Source of the DNA: Octopus vulgaris
Taxonomy: Eukaryota
DNA length: 64,000 nucleotides
Direction: 5' to 3'
Assembly (NCBI GenBank): GCA_951406725.2
Contig: OX597839.1
Span: 32,488,001 to 32,552,000, forward strand
Part shown: positions 26,131 to 38,867 of the stretch, piece by piece
Position numbering within the stretch: position 1 is the stretch's first letter
Layout of the letters: every line of letters starts with the position of its first letter
Position numbers and translations under genes: made by a program
The notes under the pieces: generated by a model
Databases searched by the model: none
The model's input: the letters and a program-made list of their open reading frames with translations, nothing else
Told to the model about the DNA's origin: nothing

Positions 26131-28199
26131 GCTCTAATTTTTCCTGATAAGCAAAAGTAACAGCCTTTTGGACCATTAATTTCGAGGGATATCTATTTTA
26201 TTATAAAACAATTGTTTTTTTTTTTTTTTATTGATGTTATCAGTGAAGTGGAAAGGTGTTTCTCTGGGTGTTTCAATGTGCACCGATATAGCGATAATTT
26301 TTTTAAGGGATTTCCACTCAAACCTTAAATAGCTTTTTGTGTCATTGTGTTTTGGAATAGCCCTTAGTTCGATAAATTAGTACCAGAACGCGCATGTAGC
26401 TCACAGGGCTGACATTAGGGTCGTTGCAATTATACAGAAGACATGTTTTGTGTTTGTATTGGAAACTTTTCTTTGATTTATACTCTCTATGGGAGCAGGG
26501 AAATTTCTTATATTATTTTTTGTATATATTTAAGATAAATGATCTACGATCTCTTGGCCTACAAAAAGACTTTCATTTATGAATTGTTAAAATTCTGGCA
26601 ACATTGGAACGACCAATTCAACTGAACAGAGGATAATTCCATTTAATATTCCGTGTCATATTTTATCGGAAAAAAAAAGAAAGAAAGTATTATATGTCGG
26701 GTGCCATATTGGTTTTCATCAGGAACGACTGAGCGTATTTTTAAGGGGGTGAGGACGTGAAATGTAAAAGTCTTGTATACAACACGGTTGCTCGCTAAAT
26801 CAACAACAAAAGTATGTAACTTAATCGTCTTTTATTGATTAAAATTAGATGGGAGGAATTTGTTAATATATCTGCATTTGCTTAAAATTTCAGGTCTTGT
26901 CTTTATACAATCATTTGAGGTTTCGAGGTGTTTTTCTCCGTGCTACATAGACTACAAAATTAGAAGCGTTTGTGGATGGTTTGTTTTTGTTCAAAGAGAG
27001 AGAGAGTTTTTTAATCAGATGATCTTAATAATTCATAATAACAAAGAATTAGGTGAGGAGTACTTGATGTCTGTTACCTTCTTACATGGCCACATGCTGC
27101 GACTCTCATCTCTTCAGAGAAGAGTTTTCAGAAAACTATGAACACCGAATGTATGAGTGCGTGTATCAGACACAGTGAGGTTCCTGATATATTTTGTTTT
27201 TATATATATTTCTTTTCAGTTCTTTGTTTTGTTCGGAAAAGTAACTTACCTCGGCACGTTGTTATTCTTAAACCTCGCTTTCAAACCAAATGTTAATAGC
27301 GAGGCCCCTTCATCTGCGTTTTTCAAGTGGGCAGCAAGGGGTCATGGAAGGGGTCACGTTTCTGTAACTAATAAAATCATAGTGGCGAGATGAAAAACTT
27401 GACCAACCGTTAACTCTGGGTTCATTTTATAGTTTATTACACCTTTGCTGTAGCAGAATTTTAGGCATTACGTTTTTTTAAAAATATATCTAGCTATTAA
27501 CAAAGCTTCTTTTGCTAATAAGGTATACATTCGGTGAAACTTTGAAGTTACAGTCAAAAATATTATTTATCGAGTCTCTACTTTTGCACTGAGTCCCTCT
27601 TTCAATTAACACACACACACACACACACACAAACAGAGATATATATTCGTAAATTTTTTTTATCTCGTTCGGCTTAACAGCCCTTCTTGTTTGTGTTACT
27701 GTTATTCTCCCTGTCCTGTCTTTTACTGTTTATATTTTGTATTGTCGTTACTGTCCTGTTTTTGTTACCATTTTTACCCCTCCGCAAAAAAATCTCAAAT
27801 TATATTTAATTTGATTTTCGCGGGAAGGAAAGTTTTATTGAAGTCATGTATCGCCTTGACCTTCGAAACGTGGAGTAGATGAAACAAAGGCGACTGAAGA
27901 AGGGGAATTTTCCTTGTTTTGTATGTCCTGTACTCTATTTTTTCGTTGTTTAAAAAAATGTCCATTTCCTTGGTTTTGTGTTTATGTTTTCGTCTCTCAT
28001 TGTGTTCGACGTTTTTTGGTGTCCTGTACCCATATATGCATGTATATATACATGTAGAGGTAGGTACGTACATATATGTATGTATATATGCATATGTTTT
28101 ATTTATTAATATATTTATATATATATACACACACACATTATTCGTGGCGTGTGACTGGATCGGCGACAAACAACATGAAGCTCTGTTTAGAAACAGAGA

Positions 28200-28760
28200 A
28201 TGACGTCAGGGGCTTATAATAAATATTTACACTCTATTTTTGTATTGAGTACTTCTTTTTTCTTTATGTTTGTGAACTGCAACGTGTACATATTAGCTAT
28301 TTGCCTATGGTGTGACTGTTTGTTCCTATATATATACATATATGTGTGTATGTTTGTCTGTTTGCTCAGATATATATATGTGTGTGTGTGTGTGTGTGTA
28401 TGCATTTGTTCCTCTGTGTGTGTGTGTTTTTCTCTGGATGTGCGTATCACCTTCTGCCATTCTTTTCTCTTCCGTTCGGCTGAGGTTGCTTAGCAACGTT
28501 GAGTTATCGTATCGATTATTCGCAAGCTCAATTTTCGTGCCATGCCATCGCCGCCGCCGCCGTTCCTTCGTTCTTCCCTTAAACCGAGCGACAAAAACCG
28601 GAGAGATGTCGGAGTGAAGAAGATCAAGGGGGAAGGAACTCGCCCACCAAGCGCACGCAATACTCAATAGGTGGCGCCGTCGCCGGCTACGCTGTTCGCA
28701 GCCGCCATACGATCAATAGGATTGAGGAAAGGTGGCAGCGGAACTGTTTTGGTCGATTTT
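28200..28760. promoter_or_regulatory. Candidate CpG-rich promoter region
   Basis: Non-repetitive CpG/GC-rich patch 28440..28760; X-box-like GTTGCTTAGCAAC 28485..28497; CRE TGACGTCA 28201..28208; YY1-like GCCGCCAT near 28701. Confidence 0.45.
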
Positions 28761-29460
28761 ACAATCCTTAAGAAGATTTCCTCCTCTCTTTCTCTCTTTT
28801 CTTTCTTCCTTATTTTTCTTTCTTCTTTCCTTCTCTACTTCTTTCTTTCTCTATTCCCTCTTTTATTTTTTATCTTTTATCCTTCCTACATTTTCCCTCC
28901 TATTTTCGAATAATTTCATTCTTCTTTTCTTCTCTGTTTTAATTTCATTTTTTCCTTTTCTGCATCTTTTTTGTTTTGTTTTCCTTTTTATTCATAGATT
29001 TTTTTTTATCCATTCATTTACTTATTCATCTTATCTTTTTCCGTCTGTTACTCCCACTTTCCTCTTATTTTCTGCATTTGTTTTCATCTATCTATCATCG
29101 TTTTTAACGTTAAAAAACCTAATTATTTCACGTCCCCCGAAGTTTCTAATCTCTTATATAAATACTACTATTATTATTATTATTATTATCATTATCATTT
29201 AAAACAGTTTGATTCAGTTCCCTATCTCAGTTTCACAAACTTCTTAGAGTCGTAGGGAGCCGAATCCAATTGTTTTATATTATGATATCCGTAACTCCTA
29301 CAAAATGTACTGAGTGCGTTTTTTTTCTCGTTTGGCCACTCGCTTCCATGTGCGTGCGCGTGTGTGAGGTTCAAAATAATGCAAAAAACACAAAACACAG
29401 AAACGGGTGTTGGGGCAACACACAAAGTGTATTAGTTTGGCGTTCAAAAAAAATGGAAGA

Positions 29461-29500
29461 ATCTTTGACGTTTCGAGCCTACGCTCTTCATCAGAGATGA
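29461..29500 (-). ncRNA. Minimal hammerhead core in a family-Y-related element (about 29380..29543)
   Basis: Minus strand CTGATGA-A-GAGC-GTAG-GCTC-GAAA-CGTC: canonical core, GUC triplet; stem I imperfect. Confidence 0.65.
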
Positions 29501-29540
29501 ACGAAGAGAGAAAACAGATGGGGAAAGAAAACAACGGAAA

Positions 29541-29611
<71 letters not shown>

Positions 29612-29629
29612 ATATATGATGCTCTCTCT

Positions 29630-29920
29630 CGTCGAAGACGACGTATGAGAGTTCAGCTTTTACCGAGCGAACTGCACAAATGATTCGTTTATAGTGATCA
29701 GGTGTGTGTGCCGTACATTAGCTCCCTCTCTCCGTCAAATCGCCGTTGCCTGAACAGGTGTCACTGTGTGCAACGCATCAATTGCCCAGGTGGTCGCAGA
29801 GCAACGTGAGATGAAGTGTTTTGCTCAAGAACACAACGCAACATCCGGTCTAGGAATTGAAACCACGATCTTGCGACTGTAAGTGCAACACTCTAACCAC
29901 TAAGCCATACGCCCTCACGT
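29630..29920 (-). mobile_element. tRNA-derived CORE-like SINE
   Basis: Minus strand TGGCTTAGTGGTTAG...GGTTTCAATTCC...CTTGAGCAAAACACTT. Confidence 0.7.
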
Positions 29921-30630
29921 TTCTCTCTCTCTCTGTATATACATACATACATACATACACACACAGTATGCCATAAAAAAGAAAATTGCGAGTTTGAACC
30001 GAAAACTATCGATTTCTTTACAGTGAATCTATAAACGCCTACAGTTATTTCCATATCTGTTCTCATTCGAATTACAAATTAAAATTGCATTATGAAATTA
30101 CTAAGGTAGATATTTCTTCAGGACGAAAACTGGCATGAAAGTGTTTACATTCTAATAGATTGGGTGTACGTCAACAGACTAACGTAGCAGCGTTTGCGTA
30201 TATATATATGTGTGTGTGTGTGTGTGTTAATATGTTTGAAACAGACAAAAAAAAAACCCCGTTATATATGTATACAGATTAGTTTTCGTTTATGATTATC
30301 AGTAAATAAATCTCTTTATTTCTTTTAATTTATGTAATTAATTGTGAGAACTTCAACGGAAACAATTGTAGGCCTTTATAAATTGACAAAATGTAAATAA
30401 ATTCATAGTTCTCTGTTCAAACTCTCCGTTTTCTCCTTTATGATATACTACTATAAATTATACTTATATATATTGATACGAAACAAAACATCTATAAAAA
30501 AAATACCTGAACTTTATAATATATATCATATTGGTGCCTATTAACTCATTTTATTAATTAAATCATTCTAAATGACGTGAGATACTCATTCTGCTTTAGT
30601 TTTGATTTTTCATCTAATATATGAAAAAGA

Positions 30631-31000
30631 GGAGGCGCAATGGTCCAGTGGTTAGGGCAGCGGACTCGCGGTTTCGATTCCCAGACCGGGCATTATGAGT
30701 GTTTATTGAGCGAAAACACCTAAAAGCTCCACGAGGCTCCGGCAGGGGATGGGGGTGATCCCTGCTGTATTCTTTCACCACAACTTTCTCTCGCTCTTTC
30801 TTCCTGTTTCTCTTGTGCCTGTATTTCAAAGGGCCAGCCTTGTCACATTCTGTGTGTCACGCTGAATCTCCTCGAGAACTACGTTAAGGGTACACGTGTC
30901 TGTGGAGTGCTCAGCCACTTGCACGTTAATATCACGAGCAAGCTGTTCCATTGATCGTATCAGCTGGGACCCTCATCGTCGCAACCGACGGAGTGCTCCT
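30631..31000 (+). mobile_element. SINE family B
   Basis: TSD TATATGAAAAAGA. Confidence 0.9.
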
Positions 31001-32099
31001 ATACTATATATGAAAAAGAAGAATGGAAGCGAATTAAGGCAAAACAGCTTAGAATGGCCAATGGCATATGTTTGAACAATAACGACGGATACGGATATGT
31101 TAAATACCATGCAACATAAACTCACAATCTCTTGTAATTATCATCGCTTCCAAAGATGGCAGGACAAACGCTGGGTGACGATTGACACCAAATCTAATGG
31201 GAAAGAGATAATCGCAAGCAAGAATACCTCCACAAAACTGACATGCCATAAAGTAAGACAGTCTCATAGTCTGGAGACAAAAGGGCAGCTGAAGAACGAA
31301 ACCTGCGTCCCCTGCTGCCCTTTTTGTCTTCAAATAGACTCTTCTATAATGGCATGTCCGTTTTAGAGAAATTCTACGCTGAGATTATCTCCCTTTTTCA
31401 AGAAACGAACGAAATTTCACTAAATTAGCACACCTTAATTGTCTTTATATATGAGTGTGTGTGTACATTTACGCAGGCGAAAAGTGGGTAGATAGGAACA
31501 TACTATTGTATTCATTTTTTAATGGGTGGAGTAAACCACGACCCATGGATTACTGTAACAGGAAGTTGGTAGACAGACAGACAGCGTGACAGATAGTAGA
31601 TTCTTTGTTTCAGTCATTTGACTGTGGCCATGCTGGAGCACCGCATTGAAGGATTTTAGTCGAACAAATCGACCCCAGGACTTATTTTTTTAAAGACTGG
31701 TACTTATTCTATCGGTCTCTTTTGCTGAAGTCTCTATTGCCGAACCGCTAAGTTACGGAGACGTAACCACACCAAAACTGGCTGTCAAGAGGTGGGGGGT
31801 AAACACGCACACACATGCGCGCGCAGAGGATTTCCGTATATTTTGTCAGCGAGTAAGTTTTTAAAGGAAATATACCATTCTTTGACTTGTTTGTCTTCGA
31901 ACCTGGGCCATGCTGGAGTATCTGACTAAAATTGACACCTGTTCTGTTGCTCTCTTTCTTGCTGAACCGTTAATTTACAGGGACGAAAACGAACCAATAC
32001 CGGTTATCAGGCATTGACACACACACAAGCATGCATACAAATACATAATTATGTGTACGTGCGTGTCGGGGGCGGTTATATGTTTCATCCTTTAAAGGG

Positions 32100-32398
32100 A
32101 ACAGTTGTTTGTTCCTTCTCGAGTCACACCTGGTTCATATGGGCCGGTTTCCTTGGCGTATAGGTTCCCCACCTGGACGGGACGCCGGTCCGTCGCAGGT
32201 GAGCTGCAAGATGCAGGAGGAAAGAGTGAGAGAAAGTTGTGGCGAAAGAGTCAGCAGAAGTTTCGCCATTACCTTCTGCCAGAGGCCCATGGAGCTTAAG
32301 TGTATCGCTCATAAACACACACATTGCCCGGTATGAGATTCGAACCCGCGATCCCTCGACCGCGAGTCCGCTGCTCTAACCACTACGCTATGTGCCTG
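32100..32398 (-). mobile_element. tRNA-derived SINE with B-like head and different body
   Basis: Minus strand TAGCGTAGTGGTTAGAGCAGCGGACTCGCGGTCG...GGTTCGAATC. Confidence 0.7.
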
Positions 32399-32642
32399 AA
32401 CGGAGGGATTATATAGTTAAATAAGATTCGGTTAAAAACCTTGAAGAACGCAATGCAAATCTCGTCCACAGTTATTGGCCACCAGATGTCGCCGTACAGT
32501 GGAAATGCTCCCACTACTGGATGGACATCAGGAATTCCATAATATCCGAATAATGCTAGTATTTTATTGTGTTCACCGGTGTAAGTAGGAACTAACACCT
32601 CGTGTTAATTTGGTCCACAGAAATTGGAGGTGAATTTTATAG

Positions 32643-32934
32643 TAGGAATTCTTAAACCATTTTTTTCTCTATGGACCCCTTTGATTCCTATTTTATTCTG
32701 TTGGACCCCATCATGTCGCCATTCAGTGTTTAAAAACTAGTTTTATAGATACTTCTTTCAGAATTCTCATTTTGTTTTTCACCTAGACCATGTCAAACAG
32801 AAAGAAACCGGTTTCTTGCCACGCATACCAATACATACATCTAAAGCAAAACTCTTTCAGGGACCCTAAAAACGCTATTGTGGCTCTTCAATTTACTATT
32901 TTGCTATCATATGGACCCCGGCTGAGAACCTCTG
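32643..32934. mobile_element. hAT-type MITE
   Basis: Ends in GGCTGAGAACCTCTG, internal GGACCCC repeats, 8-bp TSD-like TTTTATAG/TTTTACAG. Confidence 0.6.
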
Positions 32935-33365
32935 TTTTACAGGGACACAATTCAGCAGCTCGATAAACAGGGCTTGTTAAAATGAGCAGTGTGGTGGCGG
33001 GGATTCCAATATCCTGGAGCAAAGATCCCTTTTATGCACGTACCTCAATAAGGCTGCCGTCAAGGGACCAAAACCAGCGAAATGATGATGGAATATTTGG
33101 GACTAAACCCGTTAAAGATGATATCAAGATGAGTAATGAATCCTGGAAAGATCTGTAGAAGTTTAGAGTTGGAAGAGAAAATCCATAACAGGATATTAAT
33201 GATTCCAACTGTGGGAAGAATATATATGCGGCAGTTTACTGGCGTGTATGTTCATGCGTATAGAATATGGTATTGATTAGAGGGGAGAGAAAGGAGCGAG
33301 AGTTCAATGAGAGATCAATATTAGAGAGCGGGGATGAAGGGGAGCTTATCCGTCTACCTAGAGAA

Positions 33366-33405
<40 letters not shown>

Positions 33406-33743
33406 GCACAAACACACATACAGAGAAAGAGATGTGTATATATATGTATATATATATATGTGCACTCATATATCTGGGGTGTATTTGTGTGTATGTTTAT
33501 ATATTTGTTTTATATTTGCAAAAGAAATTCGGTGTTGTTTATGTTGGTTCTTTTTGTGTTCCGTACCATAGCGGTTCGACGACTAGATATCGATGAAATA
33601 ATTAAAAGACGAAAATAAAACTTCAGGGTCGATATATGATCGACTAAACTCAAAGGCGGGATATATATATATATATATATATACATACATACAAACTTAC
33701 TTGGAAATGGATGCGTGGCGTTCAATCATATATATATATATAT

Positions 33744-34146
33744 ACTCTTTTACTCTTTTACTTGTTTCAGTCATTTGACTGCTGCCATGCTGGAGCACCG
33801 CCTTTAGTCGAGCAAATCGACCCCGGGACTTATTCTTTGTAAGCCCAGTACTTATTCTATCGGTCTCTTTTGCCGAACCGCTAAGTGACGGGGACGTAAA
33901 CACAACAGCATCGGTTGTCAAGCAATGCTAGGGGGACAAACAGACACACAAATATACACACATGCATATATATACATATATACGACAGGCTTCTTTCAGT
34001 TTCCATCTACCAAATCCACTCACAAGGCATTGGTTGGCTCGGGGCTATAGTAGAAGACACTTGCCCAAGATGCCGTGCAGTGGGACTGAACCCGGAACCA
34101 TGTGATTGCTTAGCAAGCTACTTACCACACAGCCACTCCTGCGCCT
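33744..34146 (-). mobile_element. SINE family A
   Basis: Full-length copy. Confidence 0.9.
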
Positions 34147-34478
34147 GTACATACTTACATATATATGTATATTTTATGCATATATGGGTACAGGACGTCA
34201 TAAAACGTAAACATGGAATACGAACCTTTTTTTGTGAACAACGAAAGAAACAAATGGAAAACAAGACAAGCCACATAAAGACCGACCCTTCATCAGTTGT
34301 CGGCTGTTTTATCTACTCCACATTTCGAGCAATTGCAACAAGATGTGTCTAGTACTTATGCTATCGGTCTCTTTTTGCCGAACCGCTAAGTTACGGGGAC
34401 GTAAACACACCGGCATCGGTTGTCAAGTGATGTTGGGGGGACAAACACAGATACACAACATACACACACACACACACA

Positions 34479-34526
<48 letters not shown>

Positions 34527-35519
34527 TTAATCCAAACGGGAAACAGAAAAAACAACAACACGTGGAACAATTAAAGTATTATTATTAGGCGCTCAGGAAA
34601 AAGGGATATATATATATCCCGCCTTTGAGTTTAGTCGATCATATATCGACCCTGAAGTTTTATTTTCGTCTTTTAATTATTTTATCGATATCTAGTCGTC
34701 GAACCGCTATGGTACGGAACACAAAGAGAACCAACATAAACAACACCGAATTTCTTTTGCAAATATAAAACAAATATATAAATATACACACTTTTAAGTG
34801 CTGTGGTTTTACTGGGATCTCCCTTTTAAGTAGAAAGAATAGCCATAACTCTTTGACTGCTATTTCTAAATTCGGTGTGTGGTGAGGCAAATCGTTGCTA
34901 AACCTTTAATTACTTAGTATATATACATATATATATACATATTTTCGACGGGCTTCTTTCAGTTTCCTTCTACCATACCCAATCTCAAGGCTTTGGTCGG
35001 CTCGAGGCTATAGTTGAAGACACTTGCTCAAGGTTCCACGCAGTATTGTATATTTATTGATTACGTCACGTTATGTTCAAAAATCACTTGGGATTGTCAG
35101 AGATGGAGTGTCTTTGGTTATAGATCTGTTCGACGTGGCTTCACCAGGGAATCAAGCAGCAGCAGCAGCGAGGACGATGGAATGTTTGTACTCGGTATTA
35201 TGTAAAGTACGATGAAAAGGACGGGGATTAGTTTCGAGTTAATTACCTCCCTTGGAGGTAATTACGTTCTTTTGAAATTGCGTCCCGATCGAATTAGCCT
35301 TTCATCCTACCTGTGATCGATAATAAATCAGTACTAGTGAAGTATTCGATCAATACAATCGATCGTGCCGTCCTGTAAAATGAATGGCCCTGTGCCAACC
35401 TGGAGAAAAAAAAAAGGAATCAATATTCTCGCCTCTGTGTCTGTGTTTGTGTGCGCACTTACACACACACACACACGCTTTCTCTTCTGTTTTCAATTAT
35501 TTGAAGCGTTCCTATAAAG

Positions 35520-35925
35520 AAGGGGCTGGTTTCTAACAAAAAGATACAAGGCTCCGTTTTTGGAATGTAGATAACAAAAACAAATTCACATTTTAGACTT
35601 GAGAAAAGTCTTGCATATTTGTACTGTTCCGCTTACAGACTGTATTCGTAATGTCCAAATTAGCAGATTGATTTCTTATGAAAACGCTAGCTTATCCAGA
35701 TCGTCCCTCAGAAATTGCCAGTTGTCACCTTGTATGTATGTATGTGTGAAGATTTGTATGTTTTGTTCTATGTATGTATTCTCATGCATATATTTGCATA
35801 TCTAGACATGCTCATATACATTTAAATGATAAACTTTTGATTTTTACAGTTCCATTGATGGATTGGATCTGTAGTCTTTGAATTAGCTTTCTCCTTTCTG
35901 GTTTTGAGAAGCCTAATTTCTTTCG
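35520..35925 (-). mobile_element. Two 3' ends of an RLE-type non-LTR retrotransposon
   Basis: LRIQSVSGTVQICKTFLK and LQIQSINGTVKI C-termini. Confidence 0.55.
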
Positions 35926-35929
35926 ATGT

Positions 35930-36740
35930 CCAGAAGTATTCCTAGGAACGTCTCGTCCCTTACTTTTAGTGGGGGATTGGAATGCTACCTTGGACACGCA
36001 TCTAGACTACGTAGGCAGAGATAGGAATAGACGGGGATGCAAATGCCTCAGAGACCTGCTCAAACGCTTTCAACTGTCCGACAGGTACCGACTCGACCAT
36101 CCGAATGCGCCAACGTGGACATGGAGCAACTGCATCGGGTCGTCGAGATCGTATCTAGATAGGATACTGTGTAGGACAGTAGATAGAGATAGCGTAGGGT
36201 GTCCACAATTCCACATAGTTAGCCACACGGATCACAAACTTGTGACGAGTACGCTAGACTTAGATAAGACATATAGGCAGGGTCCCAGGTACTGGAAACT
36301 AAACGCGACTTTCCCGTCGAGACAGGTTTTCAGAGACCGGATTAGAACGCTAGTGTTTCAAAAAAAGATGGGTGAATGTAGCAAGGATGGCACGTGTGAA
36401 TGACGAAGCCACCTTGAGCATAGTCCTATGAACCCCCAAAAAGAAGGGAAAAAAGAGTCACTTACCGTAATGCGTTTTTTTTTGCACGACATTATTGCCC
36501 AAGGTTACCGTGGTCTTTTCTGTAGACTTTTTCTTTCTACGGATAAACCTAATCTGATTCCCCTTTTTATACCATGATATTTGTGATACACAATCCCTAT
36601 TGATCAGCCTTTTTTTAACGGTCCCTTTTGATCAAATTTCTACCCCCTTTTTTTACTTCTCTTCTCAAAAAGAAAAGCTCTACTTTGTATTTTGTCCCCT
36701 CTGTGTTCAGCCCTGTGTGGCCAATAAAGAAACATATCTG
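35930..36740 (+). mobile_element. Internally deleted Tx1/L1-type LINE (APE endonuclease joined to ORF2 C-terminus and 3' UTR)
   Basis: GDWNATLD...FQLSDRYRLDHP...TWTWSN...SRSYLDRIL...TDHKLV...YWKLN; 3' end with AATAAAG. Confidence 0.85.
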
Positions 36741-37544
36741 TTTAGCTATCAACTTCTTGTTACAGTAACCTATGAGTCGTGGTTTGCTGCACCCGTTTCT
36801 GTCATGAATATCCCTGGCCAGCCTCGTGGGCCGCACACTCTCGCCTCGGAGTAAGCTATAAAAGACATGTACACACACTCACACAAACGATATATAGATA
36901 TATTTCGATGTTTGCTATCTTTTTTTTTTTTTTTTTTTTTTTGGTCTTCCCTTTCCCGCCTATCACAATGTCACGTGAAGGTAGATGGCGTGTTGAAACT
37001 GGATCAATTGTATGGTTGCCGAGTCATGGTGGAAACATGTCAGTGACCGCAGCTGTAGAAGTACACCAAACGATATCCTTAAGACTAAACAACATTTAAC
37101 GATACTAATATTACACCATAAAGCAATTGAGAATGCAATGGGATATGTGTGTGCTTGCGTGTGAATGTGTATGTGTGTGTGTGTGTGTGTATAATATATA
37201 TATATATATACACACGGTGAGGCAGAAGTACATACGTCATTAAAGTGCATATATATGTGTGTGAGATGTTTCTTGGTGTTAAATTTTTTATTTTATCTGT
37301 CTGCCATGTTGGCTTTTATTAACCCCCACCGAATAGTCTAGTTTTACTGTGGAGCTGTGTTGTTTGTATGTGTGTGTATGTGTGTTGGTACGTGTGTGTG
37401 TGTGTGTGTGAACTGCCATTTTGAATGTAGAGCATCAGACATTGATATCTGGACTTGGCGTGTATGTACTTGTATACGGTGATTAATTAGTGCACGTTTC
37501 TCTCTCTCTGTCTCTCTTTATATATACACACACCACCACACACT

Positions 37545-37600
<56 letters not shown>

Positions 37601-37602
<2 letters not shown>

Positions 37603-37797
37603 TAATCCAAACAAGAAAACACAACAACGCGAGGACGTGGAACAAATATAGTATTATTGGACGCTCAGGAAAGAAGGAAAGAAGGAGGGTTTAACGTTTC
37701 GAGTGGAGCTCTTCGTCGGAAGCATAGGAGAAGGAAAGATCCAGAGAAGGGAAGACGGAGGGAAAAAATCGCCAACGGTACACACGAGGTCACATTT
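37601..37797 (-). mobile_element. Short (TA)n-abutting element, family X, with variant hammerhead core
   Basis: Minus strand CCGACGA-A-GAG..CTC-GAAA-CGTT; copies at 47133..47343, 50517..50705 and truncated 34526..34600. Confidence 0.65.
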
Positions 37798-37846
37798 TGA
37801 AAACTAAATATATATATATATATATTTAGTGTATATATATATATAC

Positions 37847-37880
<34 letters not shown>

Positions 37881-38092
37881 ATTTTATTTTTTTACTTGTT
37901 TCAGTCATTTTGATTGCGGCCATGATGGAGCACCGCCTTTTCGTTGAACAAAATCAACCCAGGACTTATTCTTTGTAAGCCTAGTACTTATTCTATCGGT
38001 ATCTTTTGCTGAACCGCTAAGTTACGGGAACTTAAACACACTAGCATCGGTTGTCAAGCGATGGTCGAGGGACAAACACAGACACACACATG

Positions 38093-38154
<62 letters not shown>

Positions 38155-38382
38155 TATGGTGGTGGTGTATCGCTCACCTTTTGTTTTTGTTTTTCCGGAT
38201 GACGGGTTTGCGCAACCTTGTATTTCATCCATCCAACCGATAACCATTTTTCAAGGCATTAAAACCTGATTTTAACTTTGGTTCTTTTTCCCTAAAACGT
38301 TTTGCTAATCACACCTAATTCGTTATTTCACAAGGTTAATCAGTCTACGCCATTGATTCTGGTCCGGGGTTCATATAACCTT

Positions 38383-38763
38383 AGGAGGCGCAATGGCCCA
38401 GTGGTTAGGGCAGCGGACTCGCGGTCGTAGGATCGCGGTTTCGATTCCCAGACCGGGCGTTGTGAGTGTTTATTGAGCGAAAACACCGAAAGCTCCACGA
38501 GGCTCAGGCAGGGGATGGTGGTGATCCCTGCTGTACTCTTTCACCACAACTTTCTCTCACTCTTACTTCCTGTTTCTGTTGTACCTGTATTTCAAAGGGC
38601 CGGCCTTGTCACTCTCTGTGTCACGCTGAATATCCCCGAGAACTACGTTAAGGGTACACGTGTCTGTGGAGTGCTCAGCCACTTACACGTTAATTTCACG
38701 AGCAGGCTGTTCCGTTGATTCGGATCAACCGGAACCCTCATCGTCGTAACCGACGGAGTGCTT
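38383..38763 (+). mobile_element. SINE family B
   Basis: Full length; TSD TCATATAACCTT. Confidence 0.9.
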
Positions 38764-38867
38764 CCTCCTCATATAACCTTTAAGGATCCATATAAGATTT
38801 TGGTGTTAAAATGTATCTGCTATAAATTGTTTATACTTCTAAAATACGTGAAATTTATTAACAAATG

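Noticed and set aside
26860-27141. 93-aa ORF with possible splice sites
   Set aside because: No recognisable domain; only a faint THAP-like resemblance
27250-27361. Minus-strand exon with good AG and GTAAGT sites
   Set aside because: Stops in all three frames; could only be non-coding and cannot be supported without RNA data
32383-32598. ORF with WWP motif resembling a Gypsy integrase zinc-binding region
   Set aside because: Key His/Cys residues missing; too weak to call
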